64,000 nucleotides of DNA from Octopus vulgaris (Eukaryota), in the NCBI GenBank assembly GCA_951406725.2, contig OX597821.1:62310001-62374000 (forward strand). Direction: 5' to 3'. Shown here one piece after another: positions 13,704 to 28,165 of this stretch. The position numbers were made by a program, and so were the translations under genes. The notes beneath the pieces were generated by a model, which saw only the letters and a program-made list of their open reading frames with translations, searched no databases and was not told where the DNA came from. Position 1 is the first letter of the stretch. Every line of letters starts with the position of its first letter.

Positions 13704-15840
13704 AATTTATCTGTCTATCTATCTATATGTATATATATATATGCGTGTGTGTGTGTATGCATGTATGTATGTACATGTGTGTATAATCAGTTCAAAACTC
13801 GATGACCAACAAATCAAATATTGTCTCAGAATTGTTTTTATTTGCCACATGTATTGAGTTCTATGTCCAATTACAATTGTAATTTTGTTAGTGTATTTTT
13901 ATCTCAGTTAGGTCATAATAATAATAATAATAATAAAAATATTAATAATAATAGTAATAATAATAGCAATGATAAGACTATCAAGATGTAGATGAATATC
14001 TCTGTATATGTATTTATGTATATTTAAATGTATATATGTATGCGTGTATACTATGTGTGTTTGTGTGTGTATTTGTCTGTGCTTGCGTGTGTGTGTTCGA
14101 CCTATTTCATTGATCATTCACTTACTCCGTTAGAGGAGACCAATATAACATCAAAATATTTCATGCTGGTTATAAATCAATATGTCTGGTCACCTATTGA
14201 TGGATAACTTTGATCAGGTGAAATGAAGTAATTGCCTTGATTTTGTGATATAAATATATATTCCCCCGCATCGTCAGACTCATGCATCTAATATAGAAAT
14301 ACAAAATAAAATAGTAAATATTTGCATAAAGTTGCGTTGTGCAGAGTGGGTAAGACGTACCAGGATACAGGATATCAATAATGATAGACGGAAAATGTGA
14401 GAGATTATTGGACAGAGACCTGGTAGCTAGAACGAGCAAAACGTGGTTTGTGCTAAAACTTTATCTTTTTGATAAATGATATCGTATTTTCTTATTCTTG
14501 TTATTTTCGAGTTTGTTTTTCTATTTTCAATAATTAGGTTTCTAGTCACATCAACCTTTTTCGGCATTCTGCATGAAGTGTATGCGTTATTGCAAACCTG
14601 TAAAAAGCACGTGATTAGCGTTGCGCTAAAGACGGTCATATTGCTAAAGGCGAAATGTTAAGAGTTAAATGCTAAATATATGCTAGCAATCAAACTTTAG
14701 TTTCTGTGCTACAAAGCAGCGTTATTTATGTTAATTTCTACGCTGTACATTGACGTTAAAGTACATTTAATGATTCTTATTGTAGCATGTTGAAAGGTTC
14801 TATATATTAATTTCGCTATCAGTTCAATATTTTCCTGTCTAGCTGTGTTATATGTTGTGTCTCCTATTGCATTTAAAAAGCGTGTTGCTGTAAATTCCTG
14901 TTGCCCGCGAGCGTAGATGTTATTTGTTTGATGAATAAAGTTATGGCTAGTGCGTGTGTATATTTCCTTTGTTAATACTAATGTATAAATGTCATTATTT
15001 CTCTGACAATTCTTTAGTAGTTGGCGCAGTTGCTGAGGAAACTTTTACGGTCAGCTCTTTTGCAATGCGTTATTAGTATCAGTTTATACTTGAATGACAT
15101 TGACACTCTGATTGTTTGAAGGATTTAACGATAACACATCCATCTGTTCTCTAGCTACAGTTTATTATTACATGTAATGCATTGTAGGTTCAGTATATTT
15201 GTTTTACGAGTGATGTCAATATATATAGCCAACTGATTTTATTGGTCTCATTGTTCGATAGCTCGTTCTACTCACATGTTTCAAGTACGTCAATGAGAAA
15301 TATTTATTATAGGCAATATAGTAATTTGGAGAGACATTTTTTTAAAGAAAAAAATCTAAATGTACTGCCGGAAAGATATGAATTTGTAGATATAGAATGT
15401 TTGTGGACTTTAACTCATTGATCTCTGCATTTCTCAATATTTTTAAAGAATGAGAAGTGCTGTGTCAACAATCGGTACAGAAGCGAATTGCTATTACTAA
15501 GGATAACCTGTGTTCTTCTAAATATAATAAAAAAATAACAATATAAGATTTTATCGTGGATTAAAATTTAATGTTAGAAATTCGTGCTTTCTCATAATAC
15601 AATCTGGTATTTGTAGTCTTACAAGCATTTTAAATTTACATTTAGAAATCAATGTTAGCATATGGAATAGGTAGGTTTTTGTCTCAAGCACGAATTAAAA
15701 TGCCTTTCATTATCAGATTGCCATTTATTCAGAGATGCTTCTCTGCATCAAGTTTATGAGTATTCTACTCCTGGGACACTTTTATATTTTTCGTGAAAAT
15801 ATTTATTTTAAATTAAAAAACGATAAACGTCGCCCTTTTC

Positions 15841-16086
15841 AAGCCTAGCCAGGCTCATGGGCCCGGTTTCCCGGTTTCTGTGGCGTATGTGTTCCCCTCA
15901 GTTGGACGGGACGCCAGTCCATCGTAGCGTTACTCAAGAAACAGGAAGAAAGAGTTGGGGCGAAAGTGTATGACAGGGGTGCCCCCCTTCCCCCGCCGGA
16001 ACCTGGTGAAAGTTTTAGGTGTTTTCGCTCAATAAACACACACAACGCTCGGCCTGGGAGTCGAAACTGCGATCCGCCGACCGCGA
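15841..16086 (-). mobile_element. tRNA-derived SINE with V-domain-like segment
   Basis: Minus strand has a B-box-like gtttcgactccc and taacgctacgatggactggcgtcccgtcc, which resembles the V-SINE central domain. Confidence 0.7.
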
Positions 16087-16189
16087 AAAAGTGTAAAGAA
16101 GTACATCTAATAAGTTAACATCAAATTAAAAGTAAGTTACCTGCTAATCTTTGTTATGTGTTTTTTATTGTTGTTGCTGTTCTTCTATC

Positions 16190-18330
16190 TGTCCAATATT
16201 TCTGGACGTAAAAGTCCCTTCATCAGAGTTTAAGGAACATTCATGGGATAATGTTCCAATTTCTTTTCTTTGGGATAAAATTTTGATTGTGATAAAATTT
16301 TTTTCTTAAGTCGTTTTCAAGCGTTTTTAATGGTTATTTCGCTTTCCACGTGAATGACATCAATTATCAATATAATATTTCGCGAACTCAGTTTTCTTTT
16401 TTGTATCAGATGTTTAGATTCTGTGCCTGTGGGTTTGTCTTTAATGTCAAGTACTGTCTGTTGAGTTCTAATGTATTATTTTTTGCGGATTGACTCTATG
16501 TATGAGCAAGGCTTCTTTAATTCGTAAGTTGCCCACATTTCTATCACAGGCTTTTATGGTAACGGTAATGTGGTGCTTGATGTTTCTATATTTCTCAATG
16601 TGCTTCTTTAATGAATGATGCGCGTGTGTTCAGGTGTTGTTTAATGCAAGTGTGGACTGTTTGATTCATGCTACAAATGTAGAACTCCTTACATTTCTTA
16701 CATTTAATCCGGTATACCACATGTGTCCGCTGGCACACACCTGTATTGTGGATAGGGCGGTTAGTCAGCGAGTGTTGACTGTTGTTGTCTCTAGATTGCT
16801 TTTTAGACAGGTATCCACGCAGAGATGGACCGGGGTGTGCTGTCTATATCCAGTCCTTCTATGCTGATACCTCAAGGGATAGTTGTGGTTATACTTTCGC
16901 TAAAATTTGGTAGTTTCATGAAGCAGGTATTAGAGGAGGTCTTATACCTGTGATGCCTTCGATTATTAAGTCGATTCACAGTGGATGTTGGGTATCCATT
17001 CATCTTCAGTACATCTATGAAGTGTGCAGTGTGAGTGACCTGGTCCTCTGTCTTGTTACATTTCTTATGTATCCGGTTTTAGAACCAAGAGGAAGGGCTG
17101 ATCTATAATTCACAAACACGTCTCTGCTGGCAGCTTTCTTATAGAAGTTGGTGTATATAATAACTTCATCTGCTTTCCTAAGTTGCAAGTCCAGTAGAGA
17201 CGAAGTAATATTTTCATCGGGGTAAATCGTATGTGGTAAATCGTATGTTGTTATCTGTTTTTAAACAGGGATGGTGTCAGGATGAGTATATCATTTATGT
17301 ATATCATCTCTGTATATCATCGGGTGAAGAAACCACAAGAGCGACAGGTGCTGAACGCTCAACGTTCCAGTTCATTTAGGTGTGTTGGTAGAATGTGAAA
17401 TGAATATTTTCAACGATGATTGAAAGAAGCTGATGTGTCTTGCTGAGTGAGGTCAAAGCAGTATATGTTGCATGAAATGATGCACTCAGTTGCTAAGTTT
17501 ACTGTAGTACGTGCGTGTGCTGTCGTGTAGAGAGAGATAACATCGAGGGTACAGACATATCTGTTGAGTTTAAGTCGCTCAGGTTGTATTTGATGTAGTC
17601 TTCGTATGACTGCGTAGGAGTTGCTGACATGTCCAGGAAAAGAAGCAATCATAGGCATGAGGATCTGGGAGAGGAACCAGGAGATTTTATACAGGGGTCC
17701 GTCTATACTAGAGATGGTTTAATCTGTAGATTAACGTTGGTTTGGGGGATGTTTTGATGAGGAAATTTTATGTTATTCATCGTAATAGCAGTGTTTATTA
17801 CGGAAAGCCATTTGAGTTGGTAGGCAGCTAGGCAAAAGCTGGCTTCAAGATTTAGTTTCATTCTGTCTTCTAAATCTCTCAGTTAATGTAAATTTATGGC
17901 CAAAGCTCAGGAGTATAAGTTCCTCGTGTGATAGCGACCATGTCCTGTCTGTTACGAGAGTTGTGATATTGTTTGAAGCTTCGCTTACCTCAGTTGTGGT
18001 ATTTCCCTGACTGTCTCTGTTGTAGCGTGAATAATCGTTGTTCCGGTGGTGTCTCTCGCAAAGCCATAGGAGTTTTCGTTTTAGGCGTTTCTTCACAAGA
18101 ACGAGGCGGTTGTAATAACATCAATTTCTAGCAGCGGTTTTTTTTCTGGAGCAGTGACTTTAGGGTTAAAATTAATTTTGGAAGTGTGTCGGTAATGTAT
18201 GTACGTATTGCTGGAGTTGGTACTTTGATTTTCTAGATGAATAATTTGCATAAGTAGTCTAGAGGCTGCCTAAGGTTTGATATGTAGAAGCATGATGGCA
18301 AGTGTATGTTCTTGATTGTGTCAGGTATTG
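16190..18330 (-). mobile_element. Decayed Penelope-like retroelement (RT plus GIY-YIG endonuclease)
   Basis: Minus-strand peptides in order: LSHEELILLSFGHKF, TLDVISLYTT (RT), FYKKAASRDVFVNYRS, and VCQRTHVVYRIKCKKCKEFYICSMNQTVHTCIKQHL (GIY-YIG, about 16630-16740). A degenerate hammerhead core sits at the 3-prime end (about 16190-16230). Many stops and frameshifts. Confidence 0.85.
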
Positions 18331-19206
18331 TATTACTTTCGAAAGTTGATTTGGCAACCGACATTGGCACGTATCTCTGATATTTTAACTAGTTCCTTAG
18401 TAGTTGCAAACTGTTGCCTGGCACAGGCATAGGAATAATAAGTGTGTGTTCGTGTGTGTGTGTGTGTGCGTGTGCGTGCGTTTGCGTATGTATGTATATG
18501 TGTATGGGTGCGTGTGAGTATGAGCATGCAAATGTCGACGTCCTTTGAAATCCGTCACGATCTCAATACCTTCTTTAGTTAATCCCTGTCACTAAGCCCA
18601 TTCATCTCAATAACATTTTACTTCTCTCATTTCGCTTTTATCTTTTAAATTCATATATCTTTTAATTTTATGTTTAATTTTTGTCTTCATAATTCTCTTA
18701 TTTTTCGCTCATTATTTACAGATCGTATTTCCCCTTTATATGTCAACATTTCCTTTTTCTCATTATTCTTCTCTGAATGAGACGCGTTTTGATTTTGTAT
18801 GTCATTTATCTCGAAGCACCTCTTGGAGCATCGACGTCTTACGGCCTGAATAATTATTTTACGATTGTATAATGACATAACTATTGTGGTTTCTATGGTG
18901 TTGACTCTGAAATATTGAAGCACCTTAGCAACTTCCTTAACTGTAACCGAATGCAAAGCTTGTAAACATTCGCTATTAGTGAGCACTGTATAATGAAGAG
19001 ATCGTATGACATATTCAGTTAGGTTGAACATTCGTTAATGGTAGCACACACACACTGACACACGCACACAGACACACCAGTACTTATAATTCTTTAAGTC
19101 TGATAGTTATTCTAACCATCTTTTGGGTCGAACCGCCAGGTTACGGCTACGTAAACCCACCAAACTACGGTTATGTTTTTCATACTCTCTGTTTATTTTC
19201 TCTTAT

Positions 19207-19244
19207 CCCTTTCTGTTGAAGAGTGTAGGGTCGAAACGTAAAGG
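19207..19244 (+). ncRNA. Hammerhead-like motif with CUGUUGA core in a dispersed repeat
   Basis: cccttt CTGTTGA a gagt-gtag-ggtc GAA ACGT a aagg. The same repeat family (about 19185-19335) recurs at 25460-25640. Confidence 0.45.
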
Positions 19245-19334
19245 TGTCCTTCATTTTTCCCGAGCGTCACACTAGTACACTTGGTTTTTGTTCATACAAC
19301 TATCTTCGTATTTTGTTTTCCTATAGATTTCAAC

Positions 19335-19401
<67 letters not shown>

Positions 19402-19439
19402 GCATGTATGTATATATATACAAAATGTTTCTCAGTTTA

Positions 19440-19575
19440 CGCCGCCTACCGAATCACCTTGCAAGGCTTTGGAGAGACGAGGTTTCTAGAAGAAAACACA
19501 TTTCCCACTTTCCATGCAGTGAGATTGAACCTCGAACCGTCATTTTCGGAAGCAAACTTCTTACCACGCACCCAC
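19440..19575 (-). mobile_element. Degenerate CORE-type SINE head
   Basis: Reverse complement matches the head at 30723 (gtggtaagaagtttgcttcc..ggttcgaggttcaatctcactgcatgg). Confidence 0.55.
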
Positions 19576-19749
19576 ATGCGTACATGCATGTGTATGCATT
19601 TAGAGGCGTGTGTATATGAGTGTTTGTGTATGGAAGATTTGATTAAATTTACCATGTATGAACTGTGTGTGTGAAAACTACGTTTGTTACTACACAACAC
19701 CGTGTTAGAAATTAAACCAAGAAAAATGTGGCCGGAGACATTTAGGAAA

Positions 19750-20450
19750 CGGACCCCATCCTAAAAGGTTACGCTGGGTTTCAGAAAAGAATGTCGAGTT
19801 TATGACTGGTGTAAATGGAGAAGAGTGATTTTCGTGCGATTTCCATTGCATTTTGTATTGCGCAATTCTTTAAGGAGTGACTAGTGTTTGGTGTTGTAAA
19901 AACAAGTAAGGAAAATACCAGCTAAACAAGTTGCTGGATAAAGAAGCCAATAAAATAGGAGAGGTGTTGCATGCAATGGAGAGAGAGGACAATGAGATAA
20001 CCTTGGTAAAGGTTACGACAAAGTGAGCAGATTTCGTAAAATGTTAAACTGATTCAACCATGCATAAGAAAGCGTGCACTGAGGGTGAAATATGGTTGGA
20101 TTGAAGAAGAAAGTACTAGTGGCGGAAGCTGATAGGTTAAACAGACCTTAAGAGATGGCGTAAGTGCTTTTGGAAATGAGTTGTTGGAAAGGTGAAAGGA
20201 AAGTTGGAAACAGATTATGTAAAGAAGGGAATGGGTTGTGAATGGTGGTGATATTGATTGTAGAGGAAGACCATGAGAATATACTTTACAGAGGAATAGC
20301 AAAACTGGAATGAAAGAGAAGCCATTTAGGCCAGAATATGAGAGAAAAAAAGGGTTGGGAAATAATATGAAGGGAAGAGTAGCAGAAAATCGGTAAGAAG
20401 AAAATGAAAGAAAAACTGTCGGTTATAATCCGAATCGCTAATCTGAAATG
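19750..20450 (-). mobile_element. Highly decayed LINE RT fragment (L2/CR1/Jockey-like)
   Basis: Minus strand has residual FQLSFHLSNNSFPKA and segments resembling the NYRPI and KAFD.V.H motifs. Very eroded. Confidence 0.4.
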
Positions 20451-21730
20451 CAATCCGGTATGTTGTAACTCCAAGAATTGACGCGGAAAATCAATGGCGA
20501 ATTAGTAGATCCGCCGGAGTGTTTGGTACACGTAAGTGTAAAAAACAACACATGAAAAAAAGGCAAAGATAAAATTGATTTATTTTGCTAACGTTAAAAA
20601 AGAATAGAGATATCTCTAAAGTTTGGACGTAGTTCTTTATATGAAAGTGAAACCGAGAAAGCATGAGGAAAAAGAAAAGTAAAGAAAGAAGACTGGAAAC
20701 AGACTGGTAACGCTAGTGACTAAGATCAGTGCTATTTTGAAAATGACCGGAAAAGTGAAAAAAAGAGAGAAAGCCGGACGCAAGAAAAGTTCGAAGGAAG
20801 GTGTCTGTAAGTGTATTTCTCTTTGAATATTATATGGGAAGCGTTCCAGTGTGTATGTGTTTTTTCAGCTACTTAAGTATTAATGCTTTTTTTAATATAA
20901 TTTTGCTGCGTATATTTTCAACGTGATGCCAATTCGCATGGCGTGTGGTTCTGTTTGTGCGTGAGTGTATGCGCATTTGTGTGTGTTTCTCTTTACTGTG
21001 TGTCCACTGTGGACTACTTGTACATGTGTGTTCACGGGGCGGGGTACTGGTCGAATTATGGGTTTGTAGTCGAATCAATGTAATGTGTGTTCTTGGCTTT
21101 GTGATTCACAAATGGTAAGGATACAGATCTGTTAGAGGTTGTGTTTGTGTGACAGGTATATGGTACATGTGTGTTTCAAACTGTGTATATTCATAAACGT
21201 TTAGTTGTAGCGAATTTTTGTGCATTATTTTTCCACTTCTGCAAAGTTGCGAGTCTGTGGAATCGTTGCCGTGCCAGTCAACATAATTTGCAGTATTTTT
21301 GCCAGGCTTTATATTCTGAGTTCAAATTCAGGCGAAGTCGGTTTTTATGCAAGTTTACAGAAAATGCACAGAAAAACGTGTAACATATTAAAGCGTTATG
21401 TAATGTACAAAAGTTTGATAATATTGGTAGATATCAATTACTTTAGCATACAGCCTAATTATTCGAAGTATCAGGTCATCCCATAAGTTCTGTCCGAATT
21501 TTGTATAAAGAAAACAAGTGATCAAATGTTATATTTAATAGAACTTTAATCATCAATGTACTTTCTTCGATTATCTATGACTTCCTTCCGTCTATTTACA
21601 AGCTTTTTTAATACCATCAATGTAAAACTCTTTTGGTTTCAAAGCGAAGAACTCTGACATGTCAGTCCCCCAAATGATTCTGTAAACTACGAAACAAATG
21701 GTAGTCTGAAGGAGCAAGGTCAGGAGAATA

Positions 21731-21959
21731 CAGTAATAGTTCGACTATCGCGAGTGTTACGTTCCAAAAACCACCCCCGATAGGTGAAAATCTGTGAATT
21801 TGAAGCAATTCTGTTATTCATACATTTTAAAATTATTTTTATAACTTGTGTATGTTTTATTTTTCTTTATTACAAATGCAAAGCAACGCCTCAGAACAAT
21901 CGGCGTAAGCTTAAATAAAGATCACGATAGGTGAACCGCGATATGACGAGGGATTACTG
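21731..21959. mobile_element. Tc1/mariner (pogo-like) MITE
   Basis: Imperfect TIRs cagtaatagttcgactatcgcg and cgcgatatgacgagggattactg, flanked by TA on both sides. Confidence 0.75.
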
Positions 21960-22769
21960 TATACTACTTCTATAACCATTCAACTAATAGATAATTTACA
22001 AACTTCTGAAAGCACATCGTCGTCGAAATCGACGTAGATTGATTTACTTTAAATATAGATCAGCAATTAGATATCCCCCAATGCACTTCATATTACTGAA
22101 TCTACATTAACTACATTCGACAATATAACTTGGAACTGTTATGTATAATTATTACAAACAATTACAGCTTACAATTGTTATTTCCATGAAAAAATTACAA
22201 TTAAATTTAGATATTATTTAACCTTAAATTGGGCAGGTATTGTTTATCATACCTTTGCTTTCAGTACCCAAACTCAATTCAAAGGTAGGTGGGGGTCAAT
22301 GTCATTTTATTCCTTCTGGCTCAACGAGACTTGTTTACAATTTCACTCAATAATTCTATTTCTCAATTATCATTTTGTATCCCATTGTTCCTATTATTAA
22401 AACATACTGGATAAATCCAGATGCTCAGAGGGAGATTCCGTCTAAATATTCCATCTGGCTTTAAAATATTGTTTACAGTTTAACTTGTTATTTAAATATT
22501 CTCCATCACCTTTTGTTTCAGAAATAACATTTCTATCTATTAACCCCTTGATAGTAATCCAGCTAAATAGTTTCCATTCTTGTAACCTTTTAAACATAGC
22601 CCTTTTTTAATAATCCCCTATTTATTAATATTTGTTGAAACAAATATATAATACATCTATACAAGTCCAGATTGAGTCACGCGGACCTCGGACCCCTTTC
22701 TATTCATTTACTCTATAGCAACTAGCGTAATGATGACTTTACGGTCAAAGGGGACATAACTGTAACTCT

Positions 22770-22866
22770 TTACTCTTTACACCTTTAGTTGTTTCAATCA
22801 TTTGACTGCGGCCATGCTGGAGCATAGCCTTTAGTCGAACAAATCGACCCTAGGACTTATTCTTTC
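22770..22866 (-). mobile_element. SINE 3-prime tail fragment
   Basis: tttgactgcggccatgctggagcatagcctttagtcgaacaaatcgaccctaggacttattcttt is the reverse complement of the tail at 31290-31376. Confidence 0.6.
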
Positions 22867-22944
22867 TAAGTAATGTAGATAATTATCTACATTACTTCAT
22901 GAGTATAGCCTCAACCACTAGGATGTCTAGAGAACTCACATGTA

Positions 22945-23035
22945 TTTTAGCTGATGAGTACGGGACACGTTTATATGCTGCAATTTTTGCAACTTTTAAT
23001 AAAGCCTGTCCTTGTATGAAACGATTGTACTAAAA
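22945..23035 (+). ncRNA. Minimal type I hammerhead ribozyme motif (homolog of 10352)
   Basis: Stem I ttttag/ctaaaa, CTGATGA (22951-22957), stem II gtac+gggaca / tgtcct+t+gtat, GAAA (23018-23021), C-GATT-G, GUA triplet (23027-23029). Confidence 0.78.
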
Positions 23036-23203
23036 ACCTATCCATTCTTGTTGCTTTTTTCTCGCTTATAATCACCCCACATTACTGTATTGTTAAAACC
23101 GTATAGTTTGTTTTGGTGCATCTAAGTTAGGTACCATATTCAAGTAAATTCATTTAAATTAACTTGAATCTTTATTGCTTTTTGTATATACATATATATA
23201 TAT

Positions 23204-23273
<70 letters not shown>

Positions 23274-23350
23274 GAAGTATAAAGAAAGGAAAAAATGTAC
23301 TTGCAGACGATCTTTAATTCATAATTCAATTTGGCACAGAACCAATATAA

Positions 23351-23440
23351 ATTCTACAAATTGTTTCGGAGTCAAATTAATTCCAAAGATAAAAACAAAA
23401 AATTCTTCTTGAAATAAAAATTAGATTCTTCGTCAGGAAT
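23351..23440 (-). ncRNA. Partly degenerate hammerhead motif
   Basis: Minus strand: attc CTGACGA agaatc...gactcc GAAA C aattt G TA gaat. Stem I is attc/gaat and stem II has mismatches. Confidence 0.55.
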
Positions 23441-23616
23441 ACTGGTATGAATAACTACGACCAACAGAAATCTACAAAGGTCATTCATTATCCAGACGGG
23501 AACGAACGAATAATAATATATATATATATATTTTACTGTAAGCTTCTGAAGAAAGAATTTTTGTGCTCGAGTTGAAGATTTTGAAACTCGCACCTATGCG
23601 TTGTGAGGTTTCGTCC

Positions 23617-23802
<186 letters not shown>

Positions 23803-24272
23803 AGACATATATATGTGTGCGTGTGTGTATGTATCTATGTATTAGAAAAAATAATAGAGAAATTGACATATAGACATCAGTGTGTTCATTGGTATTCAAA
23901 TCAATATAATATGAAATCTTTACCCCTACAGCCGTTTACATAGCCAATTAATTTAATTGGGGAAGTTAAACTAAATTAAATTCATTTAAAATTTCAGATT
24001 GATAAGGACGACATTATTTGGTTTGTAATTCCATTCACTAAACAAATTAACAATTCCTTGGTTGGGGCCTTATACAAACCTTTCTCTAAACATTTTACAA
24101 AGGAAACTAGATATTACGATATTATTAATCTTAAGTTTCTTAAAGTTGCCTTTTCCGTTTCAAATAATTTATCTGAAATTATATCTTCAAATTATATCTA
24201 TGAAAACGACTCTAGGGATAAAAGTTCTTTATTATATTGATTTGAATATCTTTGAATAAACTGATATGTATG

Positions 24273-24325
<53 letters not shown>

Positions 24326-25361
24326 AGCAGAAAATGGAGAAAACTATTGTTCAACAAACAAATTGGCCACCATCGATTTATTATTTTTTAATACAAAACT
24401 TTAACATAGCTTACAGTCGTTTATGTTACCAATGTCAGTCGGTTGTCTCGTTATCTTTATAGTACATCCGATCTAGTACATGGAGCTTCATCAGAGTGAA
24501 TACAAATACATAGAATAAAAAAAGTGGGAAGAGGATAGACGACGGCCTCGAGATGAGTAATGAAGTCCTAATATGTTAGAATCATACGATTTTGCAGTGT
24601 AAAGCTTGAAGTCAATGGGCAATGAATAAACTAGTAAATAAATTAGTCAAATAATTGTTGGGTTAATCTTTTTTAGGGGTACCAGGGTGTATAAATGATA
24701 AAGAAATAAAACTAATACTTAAGTATAACAAGATTCGCCAGGGGGTCAAGAAAAATTATAGTACTTACGATTTCGTAAATAGAGCCTTTCTCCAGAGGCC
24801 TACAGTCAATGAAATATATATATATATATATGTTACACTTTTTAATGTTTTCCCTGATTCACATCCTCATGTCATTTTTATAAAGACAATTTAAAATAGC
24901 GTGCCACTTCATACTTAGTCATTATTAAACGATAAACCCGTACATGTTTGTAATTTTCTTTACACTTTCTATATTCGGGGAAGGGCTGCAAAATATCTGA
25001 AAACAATCGTTAAGTCAAAACTGAACTTAAACGTCATGTTGCATTAAGTTCGGTATGCCTTTATTCTCAGACATATTAAATGCATCCAATTTCGGTGAAA
25101 TCCGACTGAAATGGTAATACAACCACACTTTTGTCCTTGATTACTTTCCAATACAATCATGTAGGACTTTATTCGTTTAGTTTTTGTCAGTGAGTTTTAC
25201 ATAAATTGACAGAAGAGTATCTCCTTGCTTTCGAACATATCAGAGAATCTCATGTACGTATACAAATACAAAATCGCATTCCCAAAACAGCGTGTATAAA
25301 ATAGGATTAGTCCACATTACTCCATAAGGTGCATGAGGCAAGCTTCAAGATTTTTCTGGTG

Positions 25362-25425
<64 letters not shown>

Positions 25426-25499
25426 TCGCCATGTTGGTTCGTTAGTTACTGCACGCATTTTTTCTCTCCTTCTTTCTGTGTTTCTTTCTCTCTGTGTAT

Positions 25500-25536
25500 C
25501 TTTCTGTTGAAGAGCGTAGGCTCCAAAACGTTAAAG
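25500..25536 (+). ncRNA. Second CUGUUGA hammerhead-like relic
   Basis: cttt CTGTTGA a gagc-gtag-gctc caaa ACGT t aaag. The GAAA is disrupted, but stems I and II are perfect. Confidence 0.4.
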
Positions 25537-26164
25537 ACTTGTTTTATTTATATTTCCTGAGCGCCATACTAATACAATTGTTTGTTTGTTTTCCACCTGC
25601 CTTCGTCTTTTGTCTATTTTCATAAAGCTTCCCGTTATATATATGTATATATCCTTAGATGGGACGCAGGTTCGTCAGAGATTTATTCATCGCTGAGAGA
25701 TCTAAAACAATGTGAAATAAATTGTTTTGCCCGCTCGAATACTCGAAACCACAATCATGCGATCATGAGTCCAACCACAAAGACACAATCCTGAACGTCT
25801 GTACGAGATACTTCATGGGAATAAAGTTTTACTCAGGCATCCTTTTTAGAAAAAAGATGTGGTGTTTTTTTTTTTTAATTTGGCTCAGTTTACTTGAATA
25901 CGATCGAATAAAATAGTTAACATGTGATGTGATTAAATGACATCTCTAACTACAATTAATTAGACAAAAGAAATAGCGTATTGTATCATTAAATTCTAAC
26001 ACGATATTAACGTTATAAAAATTGGCTTCGGAAATTACTTTTATACGGCCTTTGTTTGCTCCAATTTTCTCTTTTTATAATATAGTGCAATTTTGTAGAT
26101 GCGGTTTTATGTAAAACAATATATTAAAACTGTTCATTCTACCGAATATCTGGTAACCCTGTAC

Positions 26165-26246
<82 letters not shown>

Positions 26247-26527
26247 GCAGAAATAGCCTGAAATCAGGACTGGTCTGCTGGTCTCATCGCAAGAAGCGGG
26301 TTGGGGTTCGCTCCTTTCTCGCAATTTATTGTATGCAGTTCTACATCGTTAACCAGCTAGAGGATATGTCCTCTTGGGGCTAAAACAAATCGCAGTAGAA
26401 TCCGTTCAGAACGGACAGCCATGTTGAAATGCTTACAAATATTACTTGTTAGTATAACTACAGCGTTGGTCTTACAGAGAGAATTTAGAACTAGTATTTT
26501 TGCTTTTATACACACACACACACACAC

Positions 26528-26614
<87 letters not shown>

Positions 26615-27560
26615 AGCAACAGGGCTATCCAGAGTTAATGCAGTACAATCGTTTCATGCAACTCCATTTAAATGAACAATAAAATGATTTCATATATATA
26701 TATATATATATATATGATATAAACCGTTGCGCACAATATAATACAATAAACCAAAATGACAAGGTTACTGAACATGGTTACCGACTAAGTATGCCTAGAC
26801 ACCTACATTGCTAGGAATGGGAGTAAATTTTGCTATAAGAACGCAAATGTACTGCATTAGGTGACAGGGAAGCAAACGTCACCGTGACTAAATCGAGATT
26901 CTCTCAAAAGTGAGGGATGCACGATCAGCTGCTTTATATTTTTATACTATTCAATATACACTACAAGTTGTTATGTGTTATTTATAGCTTCATATATTGA
27001 GAAATATCTTAAACGTAATCATCAAGTACAAAACACATATAACAAACTAATGATTTGTGCCTGATTACATGTTTGGGATATTTCTCAACATATGAAAATG
27101 CATTGTGTCTATTAAACAATAGTTATCTCTCAACATATGGAGTACTTCCTTTATCTTACCGTCAAGGAACATTACATTAGCTGTGTGTGTGTGTGTGCGT
27201 GTAAGTGTGTGTGTCTGGGTGTGTAGTAATAACAATACTAATCCTTGGGTGGAATTTATAAATATTTCAATGTATCGCTACGCACGTTTCCAAAGATTAC
27301 ATGTTGCTTAAGATCATGGTTCTTATTCGAAATAATTTGTCGACGCACACATAACGCTGGATTAGAATATTTATAAATCGTATGCAATAATTATTATTGT
27401 TATGACTATATTTATCTTACATTATGTCCACACAGCTCAGTTCAACTCCAAAAAATCGGCATCGCCAGTTGGTATCATTAGGTTATAGCTGGCATAATAC
27501 AATAAAATCTTTTATATGCATATTCATTTCCTATCTATCTATCTATCTATCTATCTATCG

Positions 27561-27602
<42 letters not shown>

Positions 27603-27661
27603 ATGTAGCAAATATGGTGCGTGCGAGTGACGAAACCACTTTGAGCATGATCCTGTAAATC

Positions 27662-27700
<39 letters not shown>

Positions 27701-27701
<1 letters not shown>

Positions 27702-27962
27702 ACTTTACTCTCATGTGTTTATCTCCTCCCTTCCTGTGGTTTCCGCGGTCTTTTCTGTAGGCTTTTCTTTCCCCGGATGAACCTAATCTTGTTTGTTACT
27801 TTGAAAAAAAAAATTTCTTTCTGTGATACACGATCTCTTTTGATCGAAATTTTACATTTGTTTCCTTATTTTCTTCTTTTTCCTTTTCCATCTCCGAAAA
27901 GAAAAGCTCTACATTTATAATTGTCCCCGCTTTGTCCAGCCCTGTGTGGCCAATAAAGAAAG
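27701..27962 (+). mobile_element. 3-prime UTR of the L1/Tx1-like LINE family
   Basis: ggtcttttctgtaggcttttctt...aaagctctac...agccctgtgtggccaataaagaaa matches the reverse complement of 9585-9870. Followed by (TATC)n. Confidence 0.7.
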
Positions 27963-28065
<103 letters not shown>

Positions 28066-28131
28066 GATATATATATATATATGTATGTATTTTGATATGT
28101 ATGTATGTATATATGTATGCATGCATGTATG

Positions 28132-28165
<34 letters not shown>

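Noticed and set aside
21667-21718. Possible short exon (PPNDSVNYETNGSLKEQ) phase-compatible with 13312-13400
   Set aside because: Weak acceptor and donor, no recognisable homology, and a phase match is expected by chance.
23545-23615. CTGAAGA..GAAAC followed by a hairpin as a hammerhead
   Set aside because: No stem I complement after the putative cleavage site. It reads as a simple imperfect hairpin.
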